Shown: piece after piece, positions 50,901 to 61,299 of the stretch
Layout: each line of letters begins with the position of its first letter
Numbering within the stretch: the first letter of the stretch is position 1
NCBI GenBank assembly: GCA_965242865.1
Contig: CBDETK010000013.1
Location: 2,368,001-2,432,000 of the forward strand
Reading direction: 5' to 3'
Length of the DNA stretch: 64,000 nucleotides
Origin: Candidatus Latescibacterota bacterium
GTDB lineage: Bacteria > Latescibacterota > UBA2968 > UBA8231
Made by a program: the position numbers and the translations under genes
The notes under the pieces: model-generated
What the model was told of the DNA's origin: nothing
The model's input: only the letters and a program-made list of their open reading frames with translations
Databases searched by the model: none

Positions 50901-53900
50901 CGTCACCGCATCGCTCACCGCCGACGGCTGGCCATCCCCCGCTCCATTGACCGCCCGCACTTGAAACTGATAGGCTTGACCCGGCGTCAAGTTGTCCACC
51001 GTGGCCAACCACTCCGTTGAGGCACTACCGCTGACCGCTGCGTCCTGCCAACCCCCCCGCGTATCGGCCCCCGCCGCCGTCACATCCCGATACTGCCACT
51101 GGGTAATACTGGCGTGATCTGGACCCGTCCACCGAAGCGTCACCTGACCAGCCCCCGCCGCCGCCCGAAACCCCGTCGGAGCACCGACGCCGGGCTGGAC
51201 CCCGGCCGCATCCGGCACCAGAGCCGACCACCCACTCACCGACGCACCCGCCCGCGAGCGCACCTGATACCGATATAGGCTATCCGGCGACACGCCCCGG
51301 TGGGCATACCGCAGAGCGGTGATGTTGGTCGCCAATGACGACCAAGCCGCCGGCCAAGGGCCCCTATCAAAGGGTTTGCTCTGCCCCTGTACATCGTAGC
51401 TCGTCGCCGACGCCACCGCCGGCCACTCCACCCGAATACGGCCCCACCCAGCCGTCACCGACGCGGCCGGAGGGCCGAACACCGCCGCACTCGTGAACCC
51501 CTCGGCACGTTTGTTGGGGCCATGATTGTCGGTGTAATGCACCGACGCCCGCAGGTAATAGCCTACGTCCGACGCTGGGGGCGTGTAGCTCGAAAGTTCG
51601 GGATAATTGGTCGTCGCGCCAGTCGCACCAGCGGGCACGGACACGGGTTGCCACGAGGCGGTATCGCTCGCCCAGCGATGCCAAGCCCAACTCGCCCCGG
51701 TGAACGTCAGCCCCTCGTCCGGATCGGTCAGACGCGCCACCAACGGAACCCCTACCTGCGGTGGCTGTGGCGACAGTGCCACCGAACCGGCTTCCTCCAC
51801 ATTCACCACCGACACTGTGACCAACAGGGTGTCCGACACCGCCCCATCACTCGCGCCGGCGGCCCCACTCAAGGGCACATCCCGAACCACCACGCCAACA
51901 TCGTAGGTCGTTTTATACCCGCCGCCCGCCAACGGCACCTCATAGTTGGGTGGCTCCCGAAACTGCAAGGTGCGCTCGTGGCCAGCGTTGCCCGACGTTT
52001 GAACCAAAGTGAAACTGCTCGCATCGGCCCCAATCAAAGACCACACCGGCGCGTTTGGATTCGGATCGGTGTTCCGGTAGACGCCGACGGCAACCGGATC
52101 GGTGGCATTTGGATCGGTGACTTCATTCACCGATGGCTTCGCCGCCCCTTCAATCCTCTGGGAGAGCAAGTCAACCGTCGCCGAGGCCGCCTGTCCCTTC
52201 TCATTATTCGTGGTGACCGCCCGCACCTTGAAGGTATATATCCTGCCGCTCAAGTCCTCAATCGTGGCCGTGATTGTGTCATTGTCATTGTTCTTAGTCC
52301 AATCAAGCTCCGACCAAAGCTCGTTCTCGTCTTCGTCAAGACTCCCGTCGCTATACTCATAGTCGGTGATTGTCGCCCCATTAGAGGCCGGCTCCGACCA
52401 ACTCAAATTCACCTGCTTCGCAACCGTTGCTGTTGCCGTCAAGTCCGTCGGTGCCGAAGGAATAAAGCGAATATCGACGCTCACCACCCCATTGGTTTGC
52501 CTAATGTTCCGCACCGCGATCCCTGTGAACACATCCTGAATATTGCCATTGTAGCCCGCTGTCGAGGGGTTGCTATACGGCGTGAACTCCTTGCCAGGAA
52601 CCCATACATCGGTCGAGTCGCCTATGTTGCCGTTGTGATCCGCTGTGTAGGTCGAGTCCGCCGACCAGTAATCCAGATTATCGCCGCCTACCGTAGAGTC
52701 CGGTTTATTGCTAGGGAATCCCTTATCAGTAAAAAGTCCGTCGGCGCATTCCACATCAACGCGCTTGTGCTTTTCGTTTTGGTTGATATCGGATGTGGAA
52801 CCGTTGACCCTAACAATGGAATCGTCAATGTGCCAGATCAACAACCCGCTCCGCGGCAAGAAGTCATCGTAGTAGCTACCAGTACCACTCTGCCGATTGG
52901 ACAACAGGAAATACTCGTCGCTTCTACTAGGCACCTCGATCTTGTACACCTTGCCATTATCAGAGTTGATGTCGGGGATGGTTACCGTCGTGTCAGACGA
53001 CACGGTCTCTACTTTACTATCTAGCCAGCCCACCTCAGCCCGCGACCACGCCGACAGGGGAGCCGGGCCGTCTGCAATACCCTCTACCCGCATGTAGCCC
53101 TCGCCCCCGCGGCCCATCACCCCCCAGTAGCCAATGCCAGCACTCTGAAAAGGATAACCAGCAACGCCGGTAGAGTCTTGAGAGGTGGATCGAATATGCG
53201 TCCGGTCATAGAGTTCGGGTAGCCCCATCGCATGCCCGTACTCGTGCGCCAGCACCCCCACCATGAAAGGAAAACGGTTATTCCAATCCGACGTAATGAC
53301 CTTGTCAACTACTGTCCCATCACTTGCGGTCCAACTGAAACCGGGACTCTCTAGAACTGTCCCATCGTAACGGCACGCTTTATTACCTATCCCAGGCGGC
53401 GTAAACACGACGACCATGTCGGCGTCTGCAAAATTAATATCAGAATCCGCGTCAGCACTGTTGAGCACAGCACGGGTAAAAGCTCTCACAGCAGCCGACC
53501 AAGCTGAAAGCGTACAGCCGCTGCCAGGGCCCCAAGTAGGCTTACTGGTGCCTTCATACCATTTTTTTAAAATATCGACGTTGGTGCTTGCCAAATGCAG
53601 CCTCCCATACGACATCTCTTTGAAATAGTGTGCCAGACTGCCCACAGCTGTCGAGTCCACAAGCTGAGTGCTGCGACGGGTCGTATTACCGTCTCGATCT
53701 GAGAATTTGTAAGTATTCAGATTCCTTTCATCCGCTTCGCCCGCAAACTTCCCAAACAGAATCAGCAACTTGATCGGATCCGCCGCCGTGCTACTCCGGT
53801 AATTACCGGCGTGAGACGATAGACCCGTCACCCCTGCCCCATCAAGACCATATCCACATACAAAGTCTTGACCATGTACGGTCACTGCATACAGGCTTAA

Positions 53901-53924
53901 AAGCATGAAGACGCGAAAAAGCAT
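44985..53924 (-). CDS. Cassette A: giant M6 metalloprotease-FN3/cadherin-like protein with FlgD-Ig C-terminus (2979 aa reconstructed; two opposite 1-nt indels)
   Basis: ORFs 49920-53924, 48541-49947 and 44985-48614 are collinear with the unbroken paralog 55025-60211. HEYGHAMGLPE; FN3 'YRFQVRAVN'; acidic linker; 'PNPFNP..WDGRDQHG..SGVYLY'. Confidence 0.85.
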
Positions 53925-54054
53925 AATATCCCTCCCAAAAGAGCTTGTGTGCCGATGGCCTGCTCCATATAATAAATGATAACATAAGATAAGGGAAAAG
54001 CCGCGGTCAATGGAGACCTTCCGTCTTATTCCTCTTCAAAAGGAGTTTGGCCCT
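53925..54054. promoter_or_regulatory. AT-rich divergent promoter region of cassette A
   Basis: Shares AAAAGAGCTTGTGT, ATAAGGGAAAAGCC and TTCCTCTTCAAAAGGAGTTTG with 60212-60339. Confidence 0.65.
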
Positions 54055-55053
54055 ATGGTAACTCAACGAACCCGTCTAGTAGTTCCCTTGGTGCTGTGCG
54101 CCCTGTTGTTGCCCTCGTCCTCAGACGCTCAAGACGAAGGCGGCTTTGAGGGAAGCCCAACAGATTTTCTCCCATTGCAGGTCGGTAATCAGTGGACCTA
54201 TACGCACTGGTATACCAACGGCCTTTACAACAGATTTGAAATCGTAGAGGGGGTCGTAAGACAATATGCCGGATGGGGAATAAAAGCTTCATATGATCCC
54301 TTGGGCCCCGAGTGGACATGGATACAGGCGATAGCAGAGAAATCCGGGTATCCTTTAACCACTCAGTATGATCTTGAATCACCATTATTCGACCTCCTCT
54401 CTTATATCGAGCTCGAGCTAACCATTGAAATTACCCATACCGAGACGATTGAGGGCCATACGTATTTTGTCTTTAGCGAGCCAGCCTACGATTGGCCACC
54501 CGTGCCAAACCTCTGCTTGGCCGGCCAGAAGGTGCGCTTCTCCGATGCGGGTGTTCTACTCATTCGCAGGAAAGAGCAAGACATCCCCGTATATGACTTT
54601 GCTCAGGCTCATATCGACAAGGACTATACCACGCCAACATATCCTGTGCTATATGACGCACACGCTCCGGTCGCGCTACCACTTGCAATTAGTCGTTCCT
54701 CTTGGGATGCAAGGCAGAGACACACTTGGCGTTGGTTTTATCCTCCTCCATTAAAGTTCGGTCCGGCATTCGTCTCTTATTTTAATGTACGGATGCTATG
54801 GGTGCGGATAGAGCATAATAATTTTGGCTCGCCTTGGTTAGGTGACGTTTATTTTTTAGCAAACTATGGGCTCGCCCGATACGAACTATTTGAATCAGGG
54901 CTTGGTTGGGCTCGAGTCTTTGAGAATTCTCTTGCGCCGGTTTCGGCGGTTATTGGCGGCAAAGAGATCGCCTATCCCTATGTTTTTGTTGGGACCAGTG
55001 TCCAGCCTACCTCTTGGGGCCAACTCAAAGCGCGTCACGGGCAGGAGCCATAG
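54055..55053 (+). CDS. Cassette A partner: secreted hypothetical protein with TSWGQLK tail
   Basis: RBS AAGGAG; signal peptide; 'DFLPLQVGNQWTY'; ends TSVQPTSWGQLKARHGQEP. Confidence 0.85.
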   Translation: MVTQRTRLVVPLVLCALLLPSSSDAQDEGGFEGSPTDFLPLQVGNQWTYTHWYTNGLYNRFEIVEGVVRQYAGWGIKASYDPLGPEWTWIQAIAEKSGYPLTTQYDLESPLFDLLSYIELELTIEITHTETIEGHTYFVFSEPAYDWPPVPNLCLAGQKVRFSDAGVLLIRRKEQDIPVYDFAQAHIDKDYTTPTYPVLYDAHAPVALPLAISRSSWDARQRHTWRWFYPPPLKFGPAFVSYFNVRMLWVRIEHNNFGSPWLGDVYFLANYGLARYELFESGLGWARVFENSLAPVSAVIGGKEIAYPYVFVGTSVQPTSWGQLKARHGQEP

Positions 55054-58000
55054 GGCTGCCGCTCTCATAGAACATTGACGACTGCACTGCGCTGGGCGGC
55101 GGATCGGCTCCATTGGCCCCCGACACCCCCGCCGGCAGGAAAAACGCCCAAGTAAACCCCACATCGGTCGGGTTATCCGGGTCGGTCAACGTCGCGGTCA
55201 AGTCGTCGCCGACCCGCGGCGTGGTCGTCGAGAGTGCCACACGCCCTTTGGTGTCCACCGGCAACGTCACCGTATCCGTCCGCGTCGTCGCCGACCATCC
55301 CCCGCCGTTGCGTGCCCGCACTTCAAACCGATAAGACCCCCCATCCACCAGCGGATGCCGCACCGTAAACGACCGCGTCGTTGCCGCTGTGCCCATGGAC
55401 AGCCATCCCCCCCACGCGGTGATCGGCTCCAAAATCTGGCCCCGCTTATACTGCCACTCGGCGATGCTGGTGTGCGTCGGCCCGGTCCACCGAAGCGTCG
55501 CCTGTCGGATGCCCGGCGTGGCCGTCAAGCCCGTGGGCGCGCCCGGTGGCGGTTGCACCCCCGCCACCCCCGGCAGCGTATCCGACCAGGCACTCACCGT
55601 CTCGCCTACTCGCGCCCGCACTCGGTAGCGATAGCGGCGGTCGGCATCCACCCCTGGATGCACATAGGGCTGTGCGCCGTGGGCCTGCTGCGTCGTCCAC
55701 GCCGAAGGCCACGACCCGCCGTCATACGGCTTGCTCTGCCCCTCCACCTCATAGCCGGTCGCCGACGCCACCGCCGACCAAGCAACCTTCAGTGCCGGAC
55801 CCGCCTGCACTGAAACCGAACCGCCCGTGGGCCGAGCCAACCACGGCGTGACCGTATTGCTCACCGCCGAAGGCCGCCCACCGCCGGCCCCATTGACCGC
55901 CCGCACTTGAAACCGATACTCGCGCCCCGGCGTCAAGCCCTCTACCGTAGCCACCCACTCCGTCGAGGCACTACCGCTGACCGTCGCGTCCTGCCAATCC
56001 CCATCCGTATCGGCCCCCTCCGCCGTCACATCCCGATACCGCCACTGGGTAATACTGGCGTGTTCCGGCCCTGTCCACCGAAGCGTCACCTGACCAGCCC
56101 CCGCCGCCGCCCGAAACCCCGTCGGAGCATCAACGCCGGGCTGGACCCCGGCCGCATCCGGCAGCGGGTCCGACCACTCACTCACCGCCGCATCTGTCCG
56201 CGAGCGCACCTGATACCGATACAGGCTATCCGGCGACACCCCCCGGTGGGCATACCGCAGAGCGGTGATGTTGGTCGCCAATGACGACCAAGCCGCCGGC
56301 CAAGGGCCCCTATCAAAGGGTTTGCCCTGCCCCTGCACATCGTAGCTCGTCGCCGACGCCACCGCCGGCCACTCTACCCGAATACGGCCCCACCCAGCCG
56401 TCACCGACGCGGCCGGAGGGCCGAACACCGCCGCACTCGCCGCACTCGCGGCCGTCCGTTCCGCGTTGGGATCGTGCCCATCGCGGTAGCGCACCGTCGC
56501 CTGCAACTGCCAACCCACATCGCCCGACACCGGCGTGTAGCTCGATAGCTCAGGATACGCCGAGGCCGCACCCGACACCGCTGATGAAGCCCCCGACACC
56601 CCGGCCCCAATCGCTTCCCATGCTCCCGTTGTGCCCAACCGACGCTGCCACTGCCAAGACGCTCCCGTAATCTGCCCATCCGGATCGGTCAACCCCGCCA
56701 CCACCGCCGTGCCCACTTCCGGCGGCAGCCCCCCCGTCAGCACCACCTCCCCATCCTCATTCTGATTGACGACCGACACCGACACCCGCAGGCTGTCCGA
56801 CAGCACCGCGTCGGAGACCTTTACCCACACGTCGTAGCGCGCTTGGGCTTCGTAATCGGCCGCATTCGCCAAATGGAGTTCCCGCGACGGCTCCGTCCCG
56901 GGCGACGCCGGTTCCTTCAATTCAAACGCACTGGCATCCGGGCCTGTTACGCTCCACGTCAACTCGTCGCCATCCGGGTCGCGGCCGATATAAGTGCCCA
57001 ACAACCACGGGGCGAGGCTGTTTTCGGCTATGTCCACCGCCGCCGGACCCGACACCGACGGAGCGCGGTTGGCAGCCGGGCGCACCGGCGAGGTCAGCGC
57101 ACTCATGGCCGACGCCGCGCCAAAAGAGTCCGTGTAGTCGGCTTGGAGGCGCAGGGGCTGCCCCACGCGGCTGTTGGGGATAGTCAGCGTCCATGTCTGC
57201 GTCGCTTCCGACGCCTGCCCGGTTACGCCGCCGCCATCCGAGGTGCTCTCATAGTGGGGCGTCCAATACACCGGCTCTTCAATCCCATCTTCGTCCGATA
57301 GCGTCGCCGTGAGGGATTCCTCCGCCCGCGGCGCGGTCGTCGAAAGGCTAACGACACCGGCATCGTTGGCATCGGTCACCGACACGGTCACCGACACGGA
57401 CACATCGCCGATGGACACTGACACCGCGTAAGTGTTGTTCTTGCCAGCGTCGGCAGGCTGCTCAAAGTTGGGAGGACGCTTGAACTCAAGCATCCGCGAC
57501 GTGCCCGTCCCTTGCAACTCCGCAAACGCACTCGTATCCGTCCCCTCCAACTTCCACGATAACGCCGAACCACACCCCGCACTCGCCGTGTACGTGCCTA
57601 CCGCCCCAAGGGCGTTTTCCGCAAACGTCGGATCCGTCGCCCCCGTCAGCGAGCAGACCGGCGCCCGCGGCGTCACCTCATCGCTCACCGCCGATGGCTG
57701 GCCGTCCCCCGCTCCATTGACCGCCCGCACTTGAAACCGATAGGCTTGTCCCGGCGTCAAGGCGTCCACCGTGGCCAACCACTCCGTTGAGGCACTACCG
57801 CTGACCGCTGCGTCCTGCCAACCCCCCCGCGTATCGGCCCCCGCCGCCGTCACATCCCGATACTGCCACTGAGTAATACTGGCGTGATCTGGACCCGTCC
57901 ACCGAAGCGTCACCTGACCAGCACCCGCCGCCGCCCGAAACCCCGTCGGAGCACCGACGCCGGGCTGTACCCCATCCGCATCCGGCACCAAGGCCGACCA

Positions 58001-60211
58001 CCCACTCACCGACGCACCTGTCCGCGAGCGCACCTGATACCGATACAAACTATCCGGCGACACCCTCGTGTGCGTCTCCCGCCGAAGCGACGACCTATTA
58101 TTGGGGATCCGGCCAGCGGTGTTGGTGGCCAGCGACGACCATGCCACTGGCCAAGGGCCCCTATCGAAGGGTTTGCTCTGCACCTGCACATCGTAGCCCG
58201 TCGCCGACGCCACCGGCGTCCAGTCCACATGAATCCGGCGAAACCCAGCCGTCACCGACGCCGACGGAGCCGACGGCACCGGCGTCGCCGCCGCGGAAGC
58301 CCACCCACCTGACCCCGACGCGTTGACCGCTCGCACCTCAAACGTGTACAGCGTACCGGCCGCCAACCCCCCCACTATCTGGATACGGGCCGTGGAGCCT
58401 TCAGCCACCGGCGTCCGGGCTGTCCATGTGCGCCCCCCATCAAGGCTCTGACGATACTCATACCCGGTGACCGCTGAACCCCCATTGGGCATCGGCGCGG
58501 CCCAACCCAGTGTCACCTGACCGGCACCCGCGTCCGCCCGAAGGTTCTCCGGCGCCAGAGGCAGAAAGACGATGTCGGCCTGCATCACCCCGTTGGGCCG
58601 AGCCTGAATGTTCCGCACCGCGATCCCTGTGAACTCATCCTGCAGATCGTCGCTATAGTTATTCCTCGTACCATTGTTACTGTAGCCCGCTGTCGAGGGG
58701 TTGGACGTCGGCGTGAACTCGCCAGAAGTCCACACATCACCCGCGTCGCCTAGGTTGCCCCGGTGCTCATCCCGCCAATCCTTGTCGTCCCCCGTCCAAT
58801 AGTCCAAGTTGTCCCCGCCAGATTCAGTATTCTTTGTTGGGATAAGGGTAGTGCTAGTCGTACCAGGAGCCGCATGATCCCAAAGCCCATCAGCGCACTC
58901 TACATCAACGCGCTTATGCTCTTCAATCGCATTGACATCGCTTCTTGAATAAGGATTTATATTACCTTGTGTTATGATAGGGCGATGGGGTTTTACGTCG
59001 TCGTCGATGTGCCAGATCAACAGCCCGCTCGCCGGCGCGTGGGTGTCGTAGTAGCTGCCAATACTACTCGCTGTCCCGTTATATGTATTCTGCCGGTTAG
59101 ACAACAGGAAGTACTCGTCACTTTTACTAGGCACCTCAATCTTGTACACCTTGCCATCATCGGAGTTGATATCGTGGATTTGCAGGGTCTGATCTCCAGC
59201 CACAGTATCCAACCGGTCATCCGTGGGACTATCTGTGATCCAGCCCACCTCTATCCGCGACCACGCCGACAGGGGAGTAGGGCCATCTGGAACACCCGCC
59301 TGCTTCACGTATCCGTCGGCACCTTTACCCATTACCCCCCAGAAACCAACGCCGGCACTGTGATTATCATAATCGGTACGGCTAACGCGAATGTTGGTGC
59401 GGTCATAGAGTTCGGGTAGCCCCATCACGTGCCCATACTCGTGTGCCAGAATCCCCACTAAAGAGGGGAAGCTGTCAACTTGATCTCCCGTGATGATCGT
59501 TTCCACCGTTATCTTGGCTTTGGTAGGATCATTATCAATGTAATCATTAGTTGAGTGACTGAGCTCGTAAAAAACTGTCCCATTGACTTTGCACAAATCG
59601 CCAAAATCACTCGGAGTAAGTACCGCGACTAGGTCAACCTTTCCGTCCCCATCGCCATCATAGTCGTTAAAGTCAACGTCAGTATCGGCAGCTCGGACCA
59701 CGTCCAAAGCAAAATCTTCTACAGCATCCGCCCAGCCTCCCACACCACGACCATCAGGACCGAGACAATCCGCCGCTGTTCTAAGACCATAGTCGGCCCG
59801 CGTCGTTTTTGTCATGGACGACACATACACCGTTCCCGCAACTGTTTCGCGGTTGGGAGCCTTAAACGACAACTTCCCATACGACATTTCGTTCAAAAAA
59901 TGCGGCAAGCTGCCCGTATGACTTGGATTAAAGAGGTCCGTGATGGATTGATAATCGTTCGCAGCTCGAGTTCGACCGTAGAGTTGCTCAAAGTTTATGC
60001 CACTCGCAACATCCTTGAGCTTCCCCACCAAAAGCAACACATGGACCGGCTCGGTCCTATTGGGGTCAACCCCACGGTAGAAGTCAATATCCGCATGGTG
60101 GGCAGACGTGCCCGACACATCTTCCCCGGCAAGACCAAACCCGCATACAAAGTCTTGGCCATATACGCTGGCAGCATACAGGCTAAGTAGAGTGAATACA
60201 CGAAAAAGCAT
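55025..60211 (-). CDS. Cassette B: M6 metalloprotease-FN3/cadherin protein, 3'-truncated
   Basis: Signal peptide; QDFVCG; HEYGHVMGLPE; stalk homology ends near 55080. Confidence 0.88.
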   Translation of the reverse strand: MLFRVFTLLSLYAASVYGQDFVCGFGLAGEDVSGTSAHHADIDFYRGVDPNRTEPVHVLLLVGKLKDVASGINFEQLYGRTRAANDYQSITDLFNPSHTGSLPHFLNEMSYGKLSFKAPNRETVAGTVYVSSMTKTTRADYGLRTAADCLGPDGRGVGGWADAVEDFALDVVRAADTDVDFNDYDGDGDGKVDLVAVLTPSDFGDLCKVNGTVFYELSHSTNDYIDNDPTKAKITVETIITGDQVDSFPSLVGILAHEYGHVMGLPELYDRTNIRVSRTDYDNHSAGVGFWGVMGKGADGYVKQAGVPDGPTPLSAWSRIEVGWITDSPTDDRLDTVAGDQTLQIHDINSDDGKVYKIEVPSKSDEYFLLSNRQNTYNGTASSIGSYYDTHAPASGLLIWHIDDDVKPHRPIITQGNINPYSRSDVNAIEEHKRVDVECADGLWDHAAPGTTSTTLIPTKNTESGGDNLDYWTGDDKDWRDEHRGNLGDAGDVWTSGEFTPTSNPSTAGYSNNGTRNNYSDDLQDEFTGIAVRNIQARPNGVMQADIVFLPLAPENLRADAGAGQVTLGWAAPMPNGGSAVTGYEYRQSLDGGRTWTARTPVAEGSTARIQIVGGLAAGTLYTFEVRAVNASGSGGWASAAATPVPSAPSASVTAGFRRIHVDWTPVASATGYDVQVQSKPFDRGPWPVAWSSLATNTAGRIPNNRSSLRRETHTRVSPDSLYRYQVRSRTGASVSGWSALVPDADGVQPGVGAPTGFRAAAGAGQVTLRWTGPDHASITQWQYRDVTAAGADTRGGWQDAAVSGSASTEWLATVDALTPGQAYRFQVRAVNGAGDGQPSAVSDEVTPRAPVCSLTGATDPTFAENALGAVGTYTASAGCGSALSWKLEGTDTSAFAELQGTGTSRMLEFKRPPNFEQPADAGKNNTYAVSVSIGDVSVSVTVSVTDANDAGVVSLSTTAPRAEESLTATLSDEDGIEEPVYWTPHYESTSDGGGVTGQASEATQTWTLTIPNSRVGQPLRLQADYTDSFGAASAMSALTSPVRPAANRAPSVSGPAAVDIAENSLAPWLLGTYIGRDPDGDELTWSVTGPDASAFELKEPASPGTEPSRELHLANAADYEAQARYDVWVKVSDAVLSDSLRVSVSVVNQNEDGEVVLTGGLPPEVGTAVVAGLTDPDGQITGASWQWQRRLGTTGAWEAIGAGVSGASSAVSGAASAYPELSSYTPVSGDVGWQLQATVRYRDGHDPNAERTAASAASAAVFGPPAASVTAGWGRIRVEWPAVASATSYDVQGQGKPFDRGPWPAAWSSLATNITALRYAHRGVSPDSLYRYQVRSRTDAAVSEWSDPLPDAAGVQPGVDAPTGFRAAAGAGQVTLRWTGPEHASITQWRYRDVTAEGADTDGDWQDATVSGSASTEWVATVEGLTPGREYRFQVRAVNGAGGGRPSAVSNTVTPWLARPTGGSVSVQAGPALKVAWSAVASATGYEVEGQSKPYDGGSWPSAWTTQQAHGAQPYVHPGVDADRRYRYRVRARVGETVSAWSDTLPGVAGVQPPPGAPTGLTATPGIRQATLRWTGPTHTSIAEWQYKRGQILEPITAWGGWLSMGTAATTRSFTVRHPLVDGGSYRFEVRARNGGGWSATTRTDTVTLPVDTKGRVALSTTTPRVGDDLTATLTDPDNPTDVGFTWAFFLPAGVSGANGADPPPSAVQSSMFYESGSPMAPARDAL

Positions 60212-60339
60212 AATATCCTCCTAAAAGAGCTTGTGTACCGGTGTATTTTCATTGTATATATATCATATCTTAACATAAGGGAAAAGCCCGGTCAATGTTG
60301 GCCTTCAGTCCCGTTCCTCTTCAAAAGGAGTTTGACCTA
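60212..60339. promoter_or_regulatory. AT-rich divergent promoter region of cassette B
   Basis: Homologous to 53925-54054. Confidence 0.65.
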
Positions 60340-61299
60340 ATGGTAACTCAACGGACGCGCCTCGTGGTCTCGCTGATGCTATGCGCCCTATTGGCCCCGC
60401 CTGCCACCGCGCAGGAAGAAGGAGGCTTTGAGGGAAGCCCAACCGATTTCCTTCCGTTGGAAGTAGGTAATCAGTGGACTTATACGCACAGGTATTCTAA
60501 TAGGGTTTACGGCAGCCACGCGGTCTTTTTCGACTACGCATACGACTTGGATGCCTTTGATCCTTTGGCCTTGCTAATTGATCGGCTGACGATGGAGATA
60601 CCTGGGTATCCTTTATCTCCCGGTTTGGCAGATTCGGTAAAGCCACTTGACGACCTCAGATCCCCCGGCGCACGAGAGCTAACCATTGAAATTACTCATA
60701 CCGAGACGATTGAGGGCCATACGTACTTTGTCTTTAGCCAGCCAGCATACGATTGGCCGCCCGTGCCTACTCTTTGCTTGGTTGGCCAGAAGGTGCGCTT
60801 CTCCGATGAAGGGGTGCTACTCATACGCCAGCCGGAGCAAGACATTCCCCTATATGACTTTGCTCCGCCTTATAAATATGACTTTGCTCAAGTTCATGGC
60901 GACAAGGACTATACCACGCCAGCATATCCTGTGCTATACGACGCACACGACCCGGTTCGACTACCACTGCGTGTACGTCGTTTCTCTTGGGACGCAAGAT
61001 TGAGAATCCGTTGGCCTTTGTTTTATCCCCCCCCAAGGAGCTTCGGGCCGGCCTTCGTCACTCGTTTTACTGTTAACCCTGGATTGGGGAACGTTTATTT
61101 TCTAGAAAACTATGGGATCCTCGGATACAGTATATGGTACCCAGGGTGGGATAATGTTGCAATCTTTTCAAATTTTCTTACGACGGTTTCGGCGGTTATT
61201 GATGGCAAAGAGATCTCCTACCCCTATGTTTCTGTAGAGACAAGGGTTCAATCTACCTCTTGGGGCCAACTCAAAGCGCGTCACGGGCAGGAGCCATAG
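60340..61299 (+). CDS. Cassette B partner: paralog of 54055-55053
   Basis: Same conserved blocks; ends TRVQSTSWGQLKARHGQEP. Confidence 0.85.
   Translation: MVTQRTRLVVSLMLCALLAPPATAQEEGGFEGSPTDFLPLEVGNQWTYTHRYSNRVYGSHAVFFDYAYDLDAFDPLALLIDRLTMEIPGYPLSPGLADSVKPLDDLRSPGARELTIEITHTETIEGHTYFVFSQPAYDWPPVPTLCLVGQKVRFSDEGVLLIRQPEQDIPLYDFAPPYKYDFAQVHGDKDYTTPAYPVLYDAHDPVRLPLRVRRFSWDARLRIRWPLFYPPPRSFGPAFVTRFTVNPGLGNVYFLENYGILGYSIWYPGWDNVAIFSNFLTTVSAVIDGKEISYPYVSVETRVQSTSWGQLKARHGQEP

Noticed and set aside
55025-55070. MAPARDAL tail as an ssrA-like degron
   Set aside because: Sequence is dictated by the antisense partner gene (LKARHGQEP); resemblance is weak.
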